Positions 41,299 to 50,562 of a DNA stretch of 64,000 bases are shown here, in pieces. The position numbers and the translations under genes are program-made. Position 1 is the first letter of the stretch. Each line of letters opens with the position of its first letter. The notes under the pieces were generated by a model, which did not search any database, was not told where the DNA came from, and was given only the letters and a program-made list of their open reading frames with translations. The DNA comes from Bradymonadia bacterium. Its GTDB lineage: Bacteria; Myxococcota_A; Bradymonadia; UBA7976; UBA1532. The DNA lies in NCBI GenBank assembly GCA_046290225.1, contig JBKAGE010000078.1, forward strand, positions 96,001-160,000, given 5' to 3'.

Positions 41299-44079
41299 TC
41301 AGGGGATGAGGTAGTCGATCTCCACCTCGAGGGTGCTCAAGAAGCCCTGGTTCGTGCCCGCGACATCCTCGATGAGGAGTTCGAAGGTACCGTTTGCAGG
41401 CAGACCCTGGAAACCACGGTAGACGCGGTTGTCGAGGTCGATGTCAGGCCGACCAGCATCGAAGAAGAAGTCATCGTCGAATCCGCCATCTCGGCCATCC
41501 TCGTCGCCGAGGCGGTTCCACACGATGGCGATGTCCTCACCGTTCCAGCGTGCCGTAATGCGCACGTCGAGCAGGTTGTCATGCTCGAGGAACAGATCGC
41601 TGATCTCAAGGCGGCGAATGACGGCACCCTCGGGGGCATCCTGGAACTGCAGTGGCACGACGATCTGGCCATTGTCGGGGATGTTGTTGACTTGGTTGTC
41701 GAAGCCTTCAGTCTCGGACTGCAGCCCACCGGTGGACCGCACGAGGTTGTAGTTACCAGTATCGCTGCCGGCGCCATAGACACGGACGGCGTAACGACCA
41801 GCCTGGTAGTCACCCTCGATGATCTCGTCATCGGTGAAGGTCACAGCGCGGCGGACCGGAGCGGCCACGTCCTCGCGGTAGAGCTCCATGTCGAGATCGG
41901 TGTCGCCGGTGTGGTCAAAGAGCAGGTCGAGGCGCAGGTTGCCGCCGGCATGGTCGAAGCCGTACCAGTCGTCATCATAGTCGCACACGGCCAGCGCCTG
42001 GGCAGGCTCCGGGAAGCGGAAGTTCGCGTACTCGCGGGTGTCGTTGTGCTCGGTGGAGAGACCCTTCACGTCGTCGATGCACTGCTGGAACACGTTCACG
42101 GTCATCTGGTAGTCGTTCGTGGCGCCCTGGTAGCCGTAGACGCGCACGTAGTACGTGGTGCCTGCGGTGGCGCGGCGATCGTACACAGTCTCCAGGCCTT
42201 CGACGCCCGTGCTGGAGTCCACCTGCACCAGACCGTCGTTGGTGGCCTTGAGCAGCTCCATGTCGAGATCGCCTTCCAGGGACTCGTCGTCGGCCTCGAA
42301 GAAGATGTCCACCTCGAGCCCGTCGCCCTCTTGCAGCACGATGCGGTACCAGTCCTCGTCGCCGGAGCAGAGGACCAGGTTGCCGTACTGCACGCCGCGG
42401 GTGTTGCCGTCTTCCACAGCGGTGGCCGTGGCGGAGCTGCCGTTGGCGGCGAGGTTGTCGAAGGCATCTTCCATGCACGCGTCGGGGGTGCTGGGATCAC
42501 AATCGTCGTCGATGCCGTTGTTCACGATCTCGCGCAGACCAGGGACATCGGGGTTGTCGGGCTCGCAGTCCACGTCGTCGGGCACCTGGTCGCCGTCGCG
42601 ATCCATGATCGGCATACCGCAGGCCACGTCACCGCCGCGGCAGTCGTGGTCGATGCCGTCGCCACAGTTGGTGTCGGCGTTCTCCACTGCGTCGGGGTTC
42701 ACGGCAGCGTTGTTGTCGTCGCACTCGTCGGCGCGGTTGAAGCCGTCATCGTCGAGATCGTCGTCGGGGGTGCCGCCGCGGCAGTCGTCGTCCACGCCGT
42801 TGTAAGGCACCTCTTCAGCCTCGGGGTTGGCGTTGGGGTTCTCGTCGTTGCAGTCGATGCCGCCCACGTCGAGGCCCTCGAAACCGTCGCCGTCCTGATC
42901 GCGATCGTTGGTCTCTTCGCTGCAGTCCTCGTCGACGCCGTTGTAGTAAACCTCCGAGGCGTTGGGGTTCACGTTGGCGTTGTTGTCGTCGCAGTCCTCG
43001 GGGGTGCGGAAGCCGTCACCGTCGAGATCGTTGTCGGGGGTGTCGGCGTTGCAGTCGTCGTCCACGCCGTTGTAGGGCGTCTCGGGGACGTTGGGGTTGA
43101 CCTCGCTGTTGTCGTCGTTGCAGTCACCGTCGACCTCGGTCACGCCATCGCCGTCACGGTCCACGGCCATGGCCATGCGATCCATGCCGTCGCAGTCCTG
43201 GTCGATGCCGTCGCCGGGGATGTCGCGGGCCTCAGGGTTGATGTGGGCAGCGCGATCGTCGCAGTCCTCGGCCTTGCCGAAGCCATCGCCGTCGAGATCG
43301 TCGTCCCGGGTCTCCTCGTTACAGTCGTCGTCCTTACCGTTGTAAGGGACCTCGGAGGCCAGCGGGCTCACGTCGGCGTCGTTGTCGTCGCAGTCACCGC
43401 GGGCAGCGCTCACGCCGTCGCCGTCGTTGTCCACCTCGCCACAAACAGGATCGGACCCGTCGCAGTTGTGGTCGATGCCGTCGTCACACAGGGTGTTGGC
43501 GTCCTCGGTCACCCCGGGGTTCACCGCGACGTTGTTGTCGTCGCAGTCGGGGCCCGGATCACAGCCCTGGCCATAGCCGTCGCCGTCGCCATCCTGGCAC
43601 TCCTGCACATCGGCGATACAGCGGTTCTGAGCCGAACACATCTGGCCAATGTCGCAGTGGGTGTTGTTGATGCACTCCACGTCGAGGCAGCTGCCGTTGT
43701 CAGCACAGAGGCCCATGCCCACGCAGTCGCGGTCGTCGTTGCACTGGGTGTTCATGCTGCCGGAGCAGAGGTAGGTGTTGGGATCACAGGTCTGCCCGGG
43801 GGGGCAGCTCTTCTCTCGGTTGCACTCACCAGGCTGACACGTCACCCCGACGCACACCTGACCAGGGCCACACTGGAAGTCCGAAGAGCACCCCGTGTTG
43901 CCACCGCCGGCGCCACCGACGCCGCCACCGCCGCCAGCACCCGCGACACCGCCGCCAGCACCTGCGACACCGCCGCCGGCTCCAGCGGTTCCGCCGCCGT
44001 CTTCGGAGCTGTCTGCACAGCCGTAGCCGATCATCGAGCCTACAATCAGGGCCATCCCCAGCGACCTTCGCCGCAGCAT
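41299..44079 (-). CDS. Lipoprotein with Cys-rich repeats, about eight MopE-type DCDD..NP...E....DDDC repeats, two PPC-like domains and a P-domain-like C-terminus
   Basis: Lipobox GYGC, Gly tether, repeated DCDDN motifs, DEDWY and DDDWY, IPDNG...H..LLDVRI. Confidence 0.8.
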   Translation of the reverse strand: MLRRRSLGMALIVGSMIGYGCADSSEDGGGTAGAGGGVAGAGGGVAGAGGGGGVGGAGGGNTGCSSDFQCGPGQVCVGVTCQPGECNREKSCPPGQTCDPNTYLCSGSMNTQCNDDRDCVGMGLCADNGSCLDVECINNTHCDIGQMCSAQNRCIADVQECQDGDGDGYGQGCDPGPDCDDNNVAVNPGVTEDANTLCDDGIDHNCDGSDPVCGEVDNDGDGVSAARGDCDDNDADVSPLASEVPYNGKDDDCNEETRDDDLDGDGFGKAEDCDDRAAHINPEARDIPGDGIDQDCDGMDRMAMAVDRDGDGVTEVDGDCNDDNSEVNPNVPETPYNGVDDDCNADTPDNDLDGDGFRTPEDCDDNNANVNPNASEVYYNGVDEDCSEETNDRDQDGDGFEGLDVGGIDCNDENPNANPEAEEVPYNGVDDDCRGGTPDDDLDDDGFNRADECDDNNAAVNPDAVENADTNCGDGIDHDCRGGDVACGMPIMDRDGDQVPDDVDCEPDNPDVPGLREIVNNGIDDDCDPSTPDACMEDAFDNLAANGSSATATAVEDGNTRGVQYGNLVLCSGDEDWYRIVLQEGDGLEVDIFFEADDESLEGDLDMELLKATNDGLVQVDSSTGVEGLETVYDRRATAGTTYYVRVYGYQGATNDYQMTVNVFQQCIDDVKGLSTEHNDTREYANFRFPEPAQALAVCDYDDDWYGFDHAGGNLRLDLLFDHTGDTDLDMELYREDVAAPVRRAVTFTDDEIIEGDYQAGRYAVRVYGAGSDTGNYNLVRSTGGLQSETEGFDNQVNNIPDNGQIVVPLQFQDAPEGAVIRRLEISDLFLEHDNLLDVRITARWNGEDIAIVWNRLGDEDGRDGGFDDDFFFDAGRPDIDLDNRVYRGFQGLPANGTFELLIEDVAGTNQGFLSTLEVEIDYLIP

Positions 44080-44350
44080 CTGCGTCTCCTTTCAGCCCGC
44101 CAGGGGCCTTCACTGCTCACTGCTCTGTCACAACACCCTCTTATATCGCCTCAGCACGAAATCGGAATGTTCGACAGAACGCACATACTACGCCATCAGC
44201 CCCAACGTGGGATACCCCCGCATCAGGCCAGGCGAGGGATGTGTGCCTCAGTGAAGGGGGTCAGTGCAAGATGTTGCCCGTGTGTTGATGCGTAAATCCC
44301 CCATAAGTTCCCGAAATTCAGACTCTATCGAGCTCCAACAGGAGGAACCG

Positions 44351-45736
44351 ATGCGCCGACCCTCTCGGCCCCTATTTTGTCCGCCAAACCAGTCCTTTAT
44401 GCGCCGCGTGGCCCTCATGGCCGCCCTCTCCCTGACCACGTTCGCTTGCGACGACAGCGCCAGCACGGATGACGGAGAAGAGATCGACGCCATGGCTCAA
44501 GGCGGCGCCGGTGGCGCTGTTGGTGGCGCCGGTGGAGCCGCCGGAGCAGGCGGAGAGCCCATGGGCGGCGCAGGCGGTGAGCCTGTTGGAGGTGAGGGCG
44601 GCGCAGGAGGTGCCATAGGTGGCGCCGGCGGAGAGCCCATGGGCGGCGCAGGTGGTGAGCCTGTCATCGGCGAGTGTGACGAGATCGGCGACTCGGTGGA
44701 GGTCATCGAGGAGACCGTCACCCTCGCGAGCGGCGAATCAGAGGAGATGGTTCTCGATCTGCCCGACGATGTGCTCAGCGTCACTCTGATCATCGTCGGT
44801 GAGGAGGGCAACCTCTACTCCCTCCTCCAGTTCTCCGGCCCCGAGGGTCAGGTGCACATCTCCGAGCGCCCCATCGGGTACATGCCCAGCCAGCTCGATC
44901 AGTTCCTGTCGCCCTGGCCTGGGGCCTTCTTCAGCCCCAACCGCGCGGCGCCCAGCGAGGTGGTGGCTGGCGTGCTCGTACCCAACAACCCCGAGCTCGA
45001 GGTTACGGGCGGAGAGTGGCGCTACAAGGTCGTGGGCGCTTCAGCGCAGGGCGCCCCCATCTCTGGCGATGTCCAGGTCGTTGCACTGGTGAAGCGCGCC
45101 CCGGAGCGCCCCACGTGCGGACGCCTCGACATGCACTTCTACTTCACCGGCTCCAAGGGCTGGACGGCGGACACCGCCGCTGAGGATCCGGAGTTCCAGG
45201 CCGCCTTCGGCCGCATGGTGGACTTCTACGCCCCACTGGGCATCGAGGTTCACGCTGCGAGCTTTGACGACGTCGACGGCAGCTTCGCCGTGGTGGACGG
45301 CATCCAGGGGGCCAACAATGAGCTGCACCAGCTCTTCGCCGAGTCGCTCTACGACGATGGCGTGAACCTGTTCTTTGTGGAGCGCATCGGTGGGCAGTTT
45401 GGCGGTGGCATCGGCGGCATCTCTGGCGGCGTGCCTGGGCCCAACCTGATCTCGGGCACCGCGCGGAGCGGCGTGGTGGTCACCACCGAGCTCGATCCCA
45501 ACCCCCTGGCCATCGGCCACATCATGGGCCACGAGGTGGGTCACTACTTGGGACTTTTCCACACCAGCGAGGCGTTGATCCCAGGTGTGAACGATACCGT
45601 GCCCGACACCCCTGAGGGTCAAGCGTCGAACACCAACCTCATGTTCCCCACGGTGACCGACGGCGAAGCCTCCATGACCGAGGGTCAGGGCACCGTGCTG
45701 CACAACAACGCCACCATCTACACCGGGGAGGAGTAA
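44351..45736 (+). CDS. Lipoprotein zinc metalloprotease (metzincin, M43/pappalysin-like)
   Basis: GGAGGA RBS; lipobox TFAC; HEVGHYLGLFH; DTP; Met-turn NLMF. Confidence 0.8.
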   Translation: MRRPSRPLFCPPNQSFMRRVALMAALSLTTFACDDSASTDDGEEIDAMAQGGAGGAVGGAGGAAGAGGEPMGGAGGEPVGGEGGAGGAIGGAGGEPMGGAGGEPVIGECDEIGDSVEVIEETVTLASGESEEMVLDLPDDVLSVTLIIVGEEGNLYSLLQFSGPEGQVHISERPIGYMPSQLDQFLSPWPGAFFSPNRAAPSEVVAGVLVPNNPELEVTGGEWRYKVVGASAQGAPISGDVQVVALVKRAPERPTCGRLDMHFYFTGSKGWTADTAAEDPEFQAAFGRMVDFYAPLGIEVHAASFDDVDGSFAVVDGIQGANNELHQLFAESLYDDGVNLFFVERIGGQFGGGIGGISGGVPGPNLISGTARSGVVVTTELDPNPLAIGHIMGHEVGHYLGLFHTSEALIPGVNDTVPDTPEGQASNTNLMFPTVTDGEASMTEGQGTVLHNNATIYTGEE

Positions 45737-45739
45737 GCC

Positions 45740-46222
45740 ATGTCGTCCATGATCAAGATCCTGACCCTCGCGCTGGCCCTCGCCGCCTCTGTCGCGGGCG
45801 CAGCCCACGCAGCCCCGGCCTATCTGACCGACGGCGATCACCGGGCAGAGCTCGTGCTCCGCTCGATGGACACCCCGCTCACTGCAGACGTCATCGCCAA
45901 GGCAGGCATCACCGAGCAGCTGGCCATCAAACTGCTCCAGGCCCCTGAGGCCCGGCCCTACGATCGGGTGCGGGCGGTGAGCGCCCTGGCCTTCTTCCCC
46001 ACCGACACCGCCTTCTCGGCTGTGGCCGAGCAGATCCGCCTCGGGGCCACCGAGTCGATCAAGATTCAGGCGGTCATCACTCTGGCTCGGGCCTTTGGCC
46101 CTCAGCGCAGCGACGCGGTGAAGTCGATCTTGAGCGCCCTGCCCACCACGGGCAAACTCGGAGAGCACGTCGCTCGCGAGCGGGCTCGCCTGCTCGATCG
46201 GGAGACCCCCACCGCGCGCTGA
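45740..46222 (+). CDS. Small secreted HEAT-repeat-like protein
   Basis: Signal peptide (AHA cleavage-like site); VRAVSAL and IQAVITL helices; GGAGGAG RBS. Confidence 0.65.
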   Translation: MSSMIKILTLALALAASVAGAAHAAPAYLTDGDHRAELVLRSMDTPLTADVIAKAGITEQLAIKLLQAPEARPYDRVRAVSALAFFPTDTAFSAVAEQIRLGATESIKIQAVITLARAFGPQRSDAVKSILSALPTTGKLGEHVARERARLLDRETPTAR

Positions 46223-46230
46223 GGTCGAAC

Positions 46231-47436
46231 ATGTGGGCGCCTGACAACCGCCTGGCCCCCTTCCAGGTCACGACGCAGATCCTCGATGCGCTTCGCTCTG
46301 GCCAGCCGACGCACCCCTGGCTGAGCCCCCTCGCCACCCACCTGTCCAGGCTCGACATCGATCAGAGCCAGCATCTGAGCCGATATTGCCGGCATGGGCT
46401 GGAGCCCATCGATCTGCGCACCAGTGCCCCCGCCGGCGCCATGCTCAAGACCCCCAATGGTTGGGCCCTCGCCGCCATGCTGAGCTTCCACGGCAGTGGC
46501 TATGTCCGAGAGCAAGCCACACGCTGGCTCGCGGCCAAGAGCATCCCTGAGGTGCTTCCCTTCTTGATCCTGCGCATGAACGACTGGACACCAGCGGTGC
46601 GGGCCGTGGCCCTCGAGGCCATGGATCGCAGGCTGGCGCAGCCATGGGCGCCGGCGCTGCTCAAGCATTTGGGCAGCCTCCTGGCCCTCAAGCGCTGGAA
46701 GCGGGTAAACCACAAGCCGTTCTGGCAGCGACTGATTCAATTCCTCGGCGCCCCAGAGCAGCTCGAAGATGTGATCAGGAGCCTCGACACCTCCGACACG
46801 GAGAGCCGGCGTCAGCTCTACCCGTTGGCGCTCTCTGCGGCCCCCCATCGAGGGCTTGAGCTGATTCAGCGGGCCATCGCAGAGCGCGACGCTCGTCTGC
46901 GTCGTTGGGCCATCAAAGAGCTGATAAGACACCCAGAGTGGTGCTCCACAGCGTTGTTGGCGCCTCTGCTGCTGGACGAGGCCCTGGTTATCCGGGGTGA
47001 GGCCCAACGCATGCAGCACCAAGCTGACGGCACCTTTGATCAGGCGGCACTCTATCGAGAAAAGATCATTGAAGGCGGGCCGACCCTGAGGGCGGCCCTC
47101 TTCGGCCTTGGCGAGTCTGGCGGCTCAGAAGAAGCGGTGCACATCGCCCCCTTCCTGCAGCACGAAACCACATCGATTCAGAGAGCTGCCCTGTATGGGC
47201 TGGCCTACTGCGATCTGGATAATCAAGCGGAGACGGTCATCGCTCTGGTTGCCTCTCCTCGGCGCCGGGTCTCCAACGATGCTACAAACCAGCTGATTCG
47301 CTCTCCGCACCTGGTGGTGGCTCACCGCGCGCTCATCGAGGGCTTGCTCACCGCCGATGCCCCATCTTTTGTACGCACCAACGCCGAGCTGGCCCTGGAG
47401 GCCGGTGACGCATACACGGAACGCTGGTTGTCATGA
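46231..47436 (+). CDS. HEAT-repeat-like hypothetical protein
   Basis: SGYVREQA, LRMNDW..AVR..A, repeated helical pairs. Confidence 0.65.
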   Translation: MWAPDNRLAPFQVTTQILDALRSGQPTHPWLSPLATHLSRLDIDQSQHLSRYCRHGLEPIDLRTSAPAGAMLKTPNGWALAAMLSFHGSGYVREQATRWLAAKSIPEVLPFLILRMNDWTPAVRAVALEAMDRRLAQPWAPALLKHLGSLLALKRWKRVNHKPFWQRLIQFLGAPEQLEDVIRSLDTSDTESRRQLYPLALSAAPHRGLELIQRAIAERDARLRRWAIKELIRHPEWCSTALLAPLLLDEALVIRGEAQRMQHQADGTFDQAALYREKIIEGGPTLRAALFGLGESGGSEEAVHIAPFLQHETTSIQRAALYGLAYCDLDNQAETVIALVASPRRRVSNDATNQLIRSPHLVVAHRALIEGLLTADAPSFVRTNAELALEAGDAYTERWLS

Positions 47437-48353
47437 GTGTTGATCTGCCCACCTCAGAGACCGTCACCGAAGCTGTCAGCCGGGCTGCAGCCCGCAGGCT
47501 CGAGGACGACACACTCGGGGCCCTCGAACACGTGCGCCTGTTCGACGGCGGTACGGATGGCGTACGTGGGCTCTTCATCGAAGCCTTCGGACCCGCCCAC
47601 GCCCGCCGACTGCGGGTCACCGGACCTCCAGACCTGGCGCCGCTCCAGCAGGCCATCCTCAAAGGCCTGCCTGAGGCACATGGTGTGTACTGGCGGTTTG
47701 GCCACGCCCATCAACAAGGGCCTGACGATGGCGAAATGCAGGTAGCAGAGTACGGCTTGAAGTATCACGTACAGTTGCTCGGGCAGCGAAACGCCGGGCT
47801 GTTCCCTCAGGTGCGCATCGCCCGTCGGTGGCTGCGCGAGCACGTCGAGGGGCGCCGGATCCTCAATCTGTTCTCGTACACGTGCGCCTTTGGGGTGGTG
47901 GCCGCCGCCCACGGCGCGCGGTCCACCATCAATGTGGATACAGCCAAAGGCGTACTCGCCAAGGGGCAAGCCAACTACGCCCTCAACAGTCTCTCCATCG
48001 ATCCCCGGGCGTTTTGGCGGGAGAGCGCGAAGGAAGCACTCAAGCAGTTGAAGAAGAGAGGGACTCGTCTGGACGGCGTCATCATCGATCCGCCGCCAAG
48101 AGCAGTCTTCGACAAGAGCAAGCGATGGCGATTCGATCCTCTGAAGGATCTCTGCCCCACCGTGAGCGCCTCTGCGGCCCTCCTCGACGAAGGCGGGTGG
48201 TTGATGGTGGTGAACGCCGGGGCCCGTGTGACCGACGAGGCTCTCATCGAAGCCGCAGGGCTCGGCGCGCCGATCTGGACGGCCACGCCAGACGCCGACT
48301 GCCCGACACCAGAAGGCCGACCACCCGTGCGGATGATGGTGATGTCACGCTGA
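47433..48353 (+). CDS. Class I SAM-dependent methyltransferase (RlmI/RlmK-like)
   Basis: GLF, ILNLFSYTCAF, NVD, IIDPP. Confidence 0.8.
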   Translation: MSVDLPTSETVTEAVSRAAARRLEDDTLGALEHVRLFDGGTDGVRGLFIEAFGPAHARRLRVTGPPDLAPLQQAILKGLPEAHGVYWRFGHAHQQGPDDGEMQVAEYGLKYHVQLLGQRNAGLFPQVRIARRWLREHVEGRRILNLFSYTCAFGVVAAAHGARSTINVDTAKGVLAKGQANYALNSLSIDPRAFWRESAKEALKQLKKRGTRLDGVIIDPPPRAVFDKSKRWRFDPLKDLCPTVSASAALLDEGGWLMVVNAGARVTDEALIEAAGLGAPIWTATPDADCPTPEGRPPVRMMVMSR

Positions 48354-48356
48354 GGG

Positions 48357-48719
48357 CTAGCCTCGGTAGATCACCTTGGAGACGTCGTTCTCTCGAAGCA
48401 CCAGCTGAACGAGGCCCTCAAGCTGGGGGGCGAGCCGATCCCAGAACCACGTCACGAGCACCTCGCTCGTGGGGTTGGACAAGCCCTCGATCTCGTTCAA
48501 GTAATTGTGATCGACCTGATCCCGAAGTGGGTTCACGGCCTTCTCGATGTCGCCGAAGTCGATGACGAACCCGGTCTCGGGATCCATCTCCCCCGCCACG
48601 TGAATGTCCAGGTAGAACGCCAGACCATACAGGTTCTTACAGGGATGGCCGTCGGGCACTCGGGGCAGGCGGCGGGCAGACTCGAAACGGATGGTGTGGA
48701 CCAGCTCGTAGTGACTCAC
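48357..48719 (-). CDS. QueD/PTPS-family protein lacking the three Zn-binding histidines
   Basis: Colinear with QueD (GFVIDFG, DHNYLN, NPTSE, YRG end), but FESAR and LYGL replace FEAAH and LHGH. GTG at 48719 after GAGGA. Confidence 0.85.
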   Translation of the reverse strand: MSHYELVHTIRFESARRLPRVPDGHPCKNLYGLAFYLDIHVAGEMDPETGFVIDFGDIEKAVNPLRDQVDHNYLNEIEGLSNPTSEVLVTWFWDRLAPQLEGLVQLVLRENDVSKVIYRG

Positions 48720-48775
48720 TCGATGTCCTCGTGTCAGTGATGGGGCGCTGGAGTGCGCCTCCCCGTAATGGATGA

Positions 48776-49903
48776 TCAGCAGGGCTCTGGGGTGGCATCG
48801 TCGACGATCACCGCGGGATCGAGATAGCGATGCACCCCCCCGAGGGGGCTCTCCATCCACCACTCCCCTGGATGCTCTCCTCGACGTACGTGGCTGCTGT
48901 CCACCGGTACCTTGCCCAGGCCTCCGGGGATGTCAATGACGTACGTGGGCCACGCGAGGCCGGTGAGGCGACCGCGCAAGCGCTTCACGAGGGCCAGCCC
49001 GTCGTCGATGCTCACACGGAAATGCTGTGTGCCCACCGTGAGATCAGGATGATGCAAATAGTAGGGCCGAACCTGACGATCGACGAGGGCTTCGCACAGC
49101 TCGGCGAGCACCTCGGCGCTGTCGTTGACGCCCTTGAGCAGCACCGACTGGTTGAGCACCGTCACCCCTGCCCGCACCAGGCGCTCAAGGGCTTCTGTGG
49201 CCTCGGTGGTCAGCTCACGTGGGTGATTGAAGTGGGCCACGAGGTAGAGCGGACGCGCCTGCCCCAGCACCTCTGCGAGGGCGTCATCCACCCGCATGGG
49301 CAAGGTCACGGGCACTCGCGTGTGGATCCTCAGGCGTTTGATCGAGGGCACCGAGAGCACGCGCTCCAGCAGCTTGCCGAGGCGGGCATCAGGCAACAAC
49401 AGCGGATCCCCGCCACTGAGAATGATCTCTTTGATCTCAGGATGTTTCGAAAGATACGTGATGCTCTCGTCAAGGGCCTGATGCAGCCGGATGTCCTCGG
49501 TGTTGAGGGCCACCTTGCGAAAGCAGTAACGGCAATACATCGGGCACCTGAGGGTGGGCAGCAGCAGCGCTCGATCAGGGTATCGATGAATCAGCAACTC
49601 GGTGGGTGAGTGGGCGGCGTCACCGATGGGATCCGGGCGCTCCATCGGCCTCTCAAGCAACTCTGCCGCATCCGGGATCGCCTGCTTTCGGATCGGGCAG
49701 TCCGGATCATTCCAGTCTACGAGGCCGAGGTAGTAGGCGCTCACCTGCATGCGATAGCGAGCGGTGACCCGAGCCAGCTCGGCGCCCTGTGCAGGGTCGA
49801 TGAGGCCATCGTCGATGAGGGGCTGGATCTCGCGGACGCTGCCCACGAGCTGACGGCGCCAGTCATCCCGAGGGGTCGGGGTGGCGCGAGGGGGGGTGTT
49901 CAT
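48776..49903 (-). CDS. KamA-family radical SAM aminomutase (lysine 2,3-aminomutase/EpmB-like)
   Basis: HRYPDR, CPMYCRYC, SGGDPL, HFNH, NQSVLLKGVND, PGGLGK. Confidence 0.9.
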   Translation of the reverse strand: MNTPPRATPTPRDDWRRQLVGSVREIQPLIDDGLIDPAQGAELARVTARYRMQVSAYYLGLVDWNDPDCPIRKQAIPDAAELLERPMERPDPIGDAAHSPTELLIHRYPDRALLLPTLRCPMYCRYCFRKVALNTEDIRLHQALDESITYLSKHPEIKEIILSGGDPLLLPDARLGKLLERVLSVPSIKRLRIHTRVPVTLPMRVDDALAEVLGQARPLYLVAHFNHPRELTTEATEALERLVRAGVTVLNQSVLLKGVNDSAEVLAELCEALVDRQVRPYYLHHPDLTVGTQHFRVSIDDGLALVKRLRGRLTGLAWPTYVIDIPGGLGKVPVDSSHVRRGEHPGEWWMESPLGGVHRYLDPAVIVDDATPEPC

Positions 49904-50460
49904 TCGTCGGCGCCACCCTCTTCATCGGCGGGCGGCTCGGGGGCTTCTTTTGCAGCCTTGGCGGAGAGCTTGGCGTGCAACTTTTCGACCTTCTTGAGCT
50001 TTTTGCTGAGCTTCTTGATCTTCTTGGTGAACTGCTTGCGGATCTTCACGATGTTTTTGGCGAGCTTCTTCTGCTTCGCCGGCACATCTTCGGTCTGATA
50101 CGCCTCGAGCATGCTGCGGTGCTTCTCGATGTAGGTGTCCTGCAGCGGGATCCACTTCGAGATGATCTTGCCCAGGGCTTCGTCCACCTTGGCGTATCGC
50201 TCCTCGCCCTTCTGCAGCGCGTTGAACTTGGCCTGGATCTCCTCGCGGGCCTTGTTCACCTCTTCGAGGAGCTTGGCGTCGGGATCTTTCTGGGCGGCCT
50301 TCTCTTTGGGCTTGCGCTCTTCGAGCTCGGCGCCGAGGGCATCTCCCTCGAGATCAGCGGCCTCGGCCTCCAGATCAGCCCCCTGGGCGAAGGACATGCT
50401 GGGCACCAGGAGGGCCAGGGCGAGACACAGTGACATGGACAGCCGGGTGAACACGGTCAT
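49900..50460 (-). CDS. Secreted Lys/Glu-rich coiled-coil hypothetical protein
   Basis: GAGGAG RBS; signal peptide ending SFA; strong codon bias. Confidence 0.7.
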   Translation of the reverse strand: MTVFTRLSMSLCLALALLVPSMSFAQGADLEAEAADLEGDALGAELEERKPKEKAAQKDPDAKLLEEVNKAREEIQAKFNALQKGEERYAKVDEALGKIISKWIPLQDTYIEKHRSMLEAYQTEDVPAKQKKLAKNIVKIRKQFTKKIKKLSKKLKKVEKLHAKLSAKAAKEAPEPPADEEGGADE

Positions 50461-50562
50461 GTTTTTTCTCCTCAACTCTTCTTTGAGGGCTCGTTGGAGC
50501 ACTCGATCGTCGACGCATGATGCGGCGTCGTCGGGCTGTGACGCAATGTTGGCCAACATATT

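Noticed and set aside
42480..43620. Regularly spaced DNA repeats that could be mistaken for a CRISPR array
   Set aside because: They are degenerate in-frame coding repeats (DCDD motifs); no cas genes.
41095..44295. 1066-aa plus-strand ORF and other long antisense ORFs (e.g. 7609-8907, 14576-16309, 22112-23671, 51702-53651, 61133-62608)
   Set aside because: Shadow frames of strongly codon-biased high-GC genes on the opposite strand; V/G/H/L-rich with no motifs.
19383..48719. General zinc-sparing adaptation (LigA and QueD both lose Zn ligands)
   Set aside because: The same window keeps several zinc ribbons and a zinc protease; two cases are not enough for a trend.
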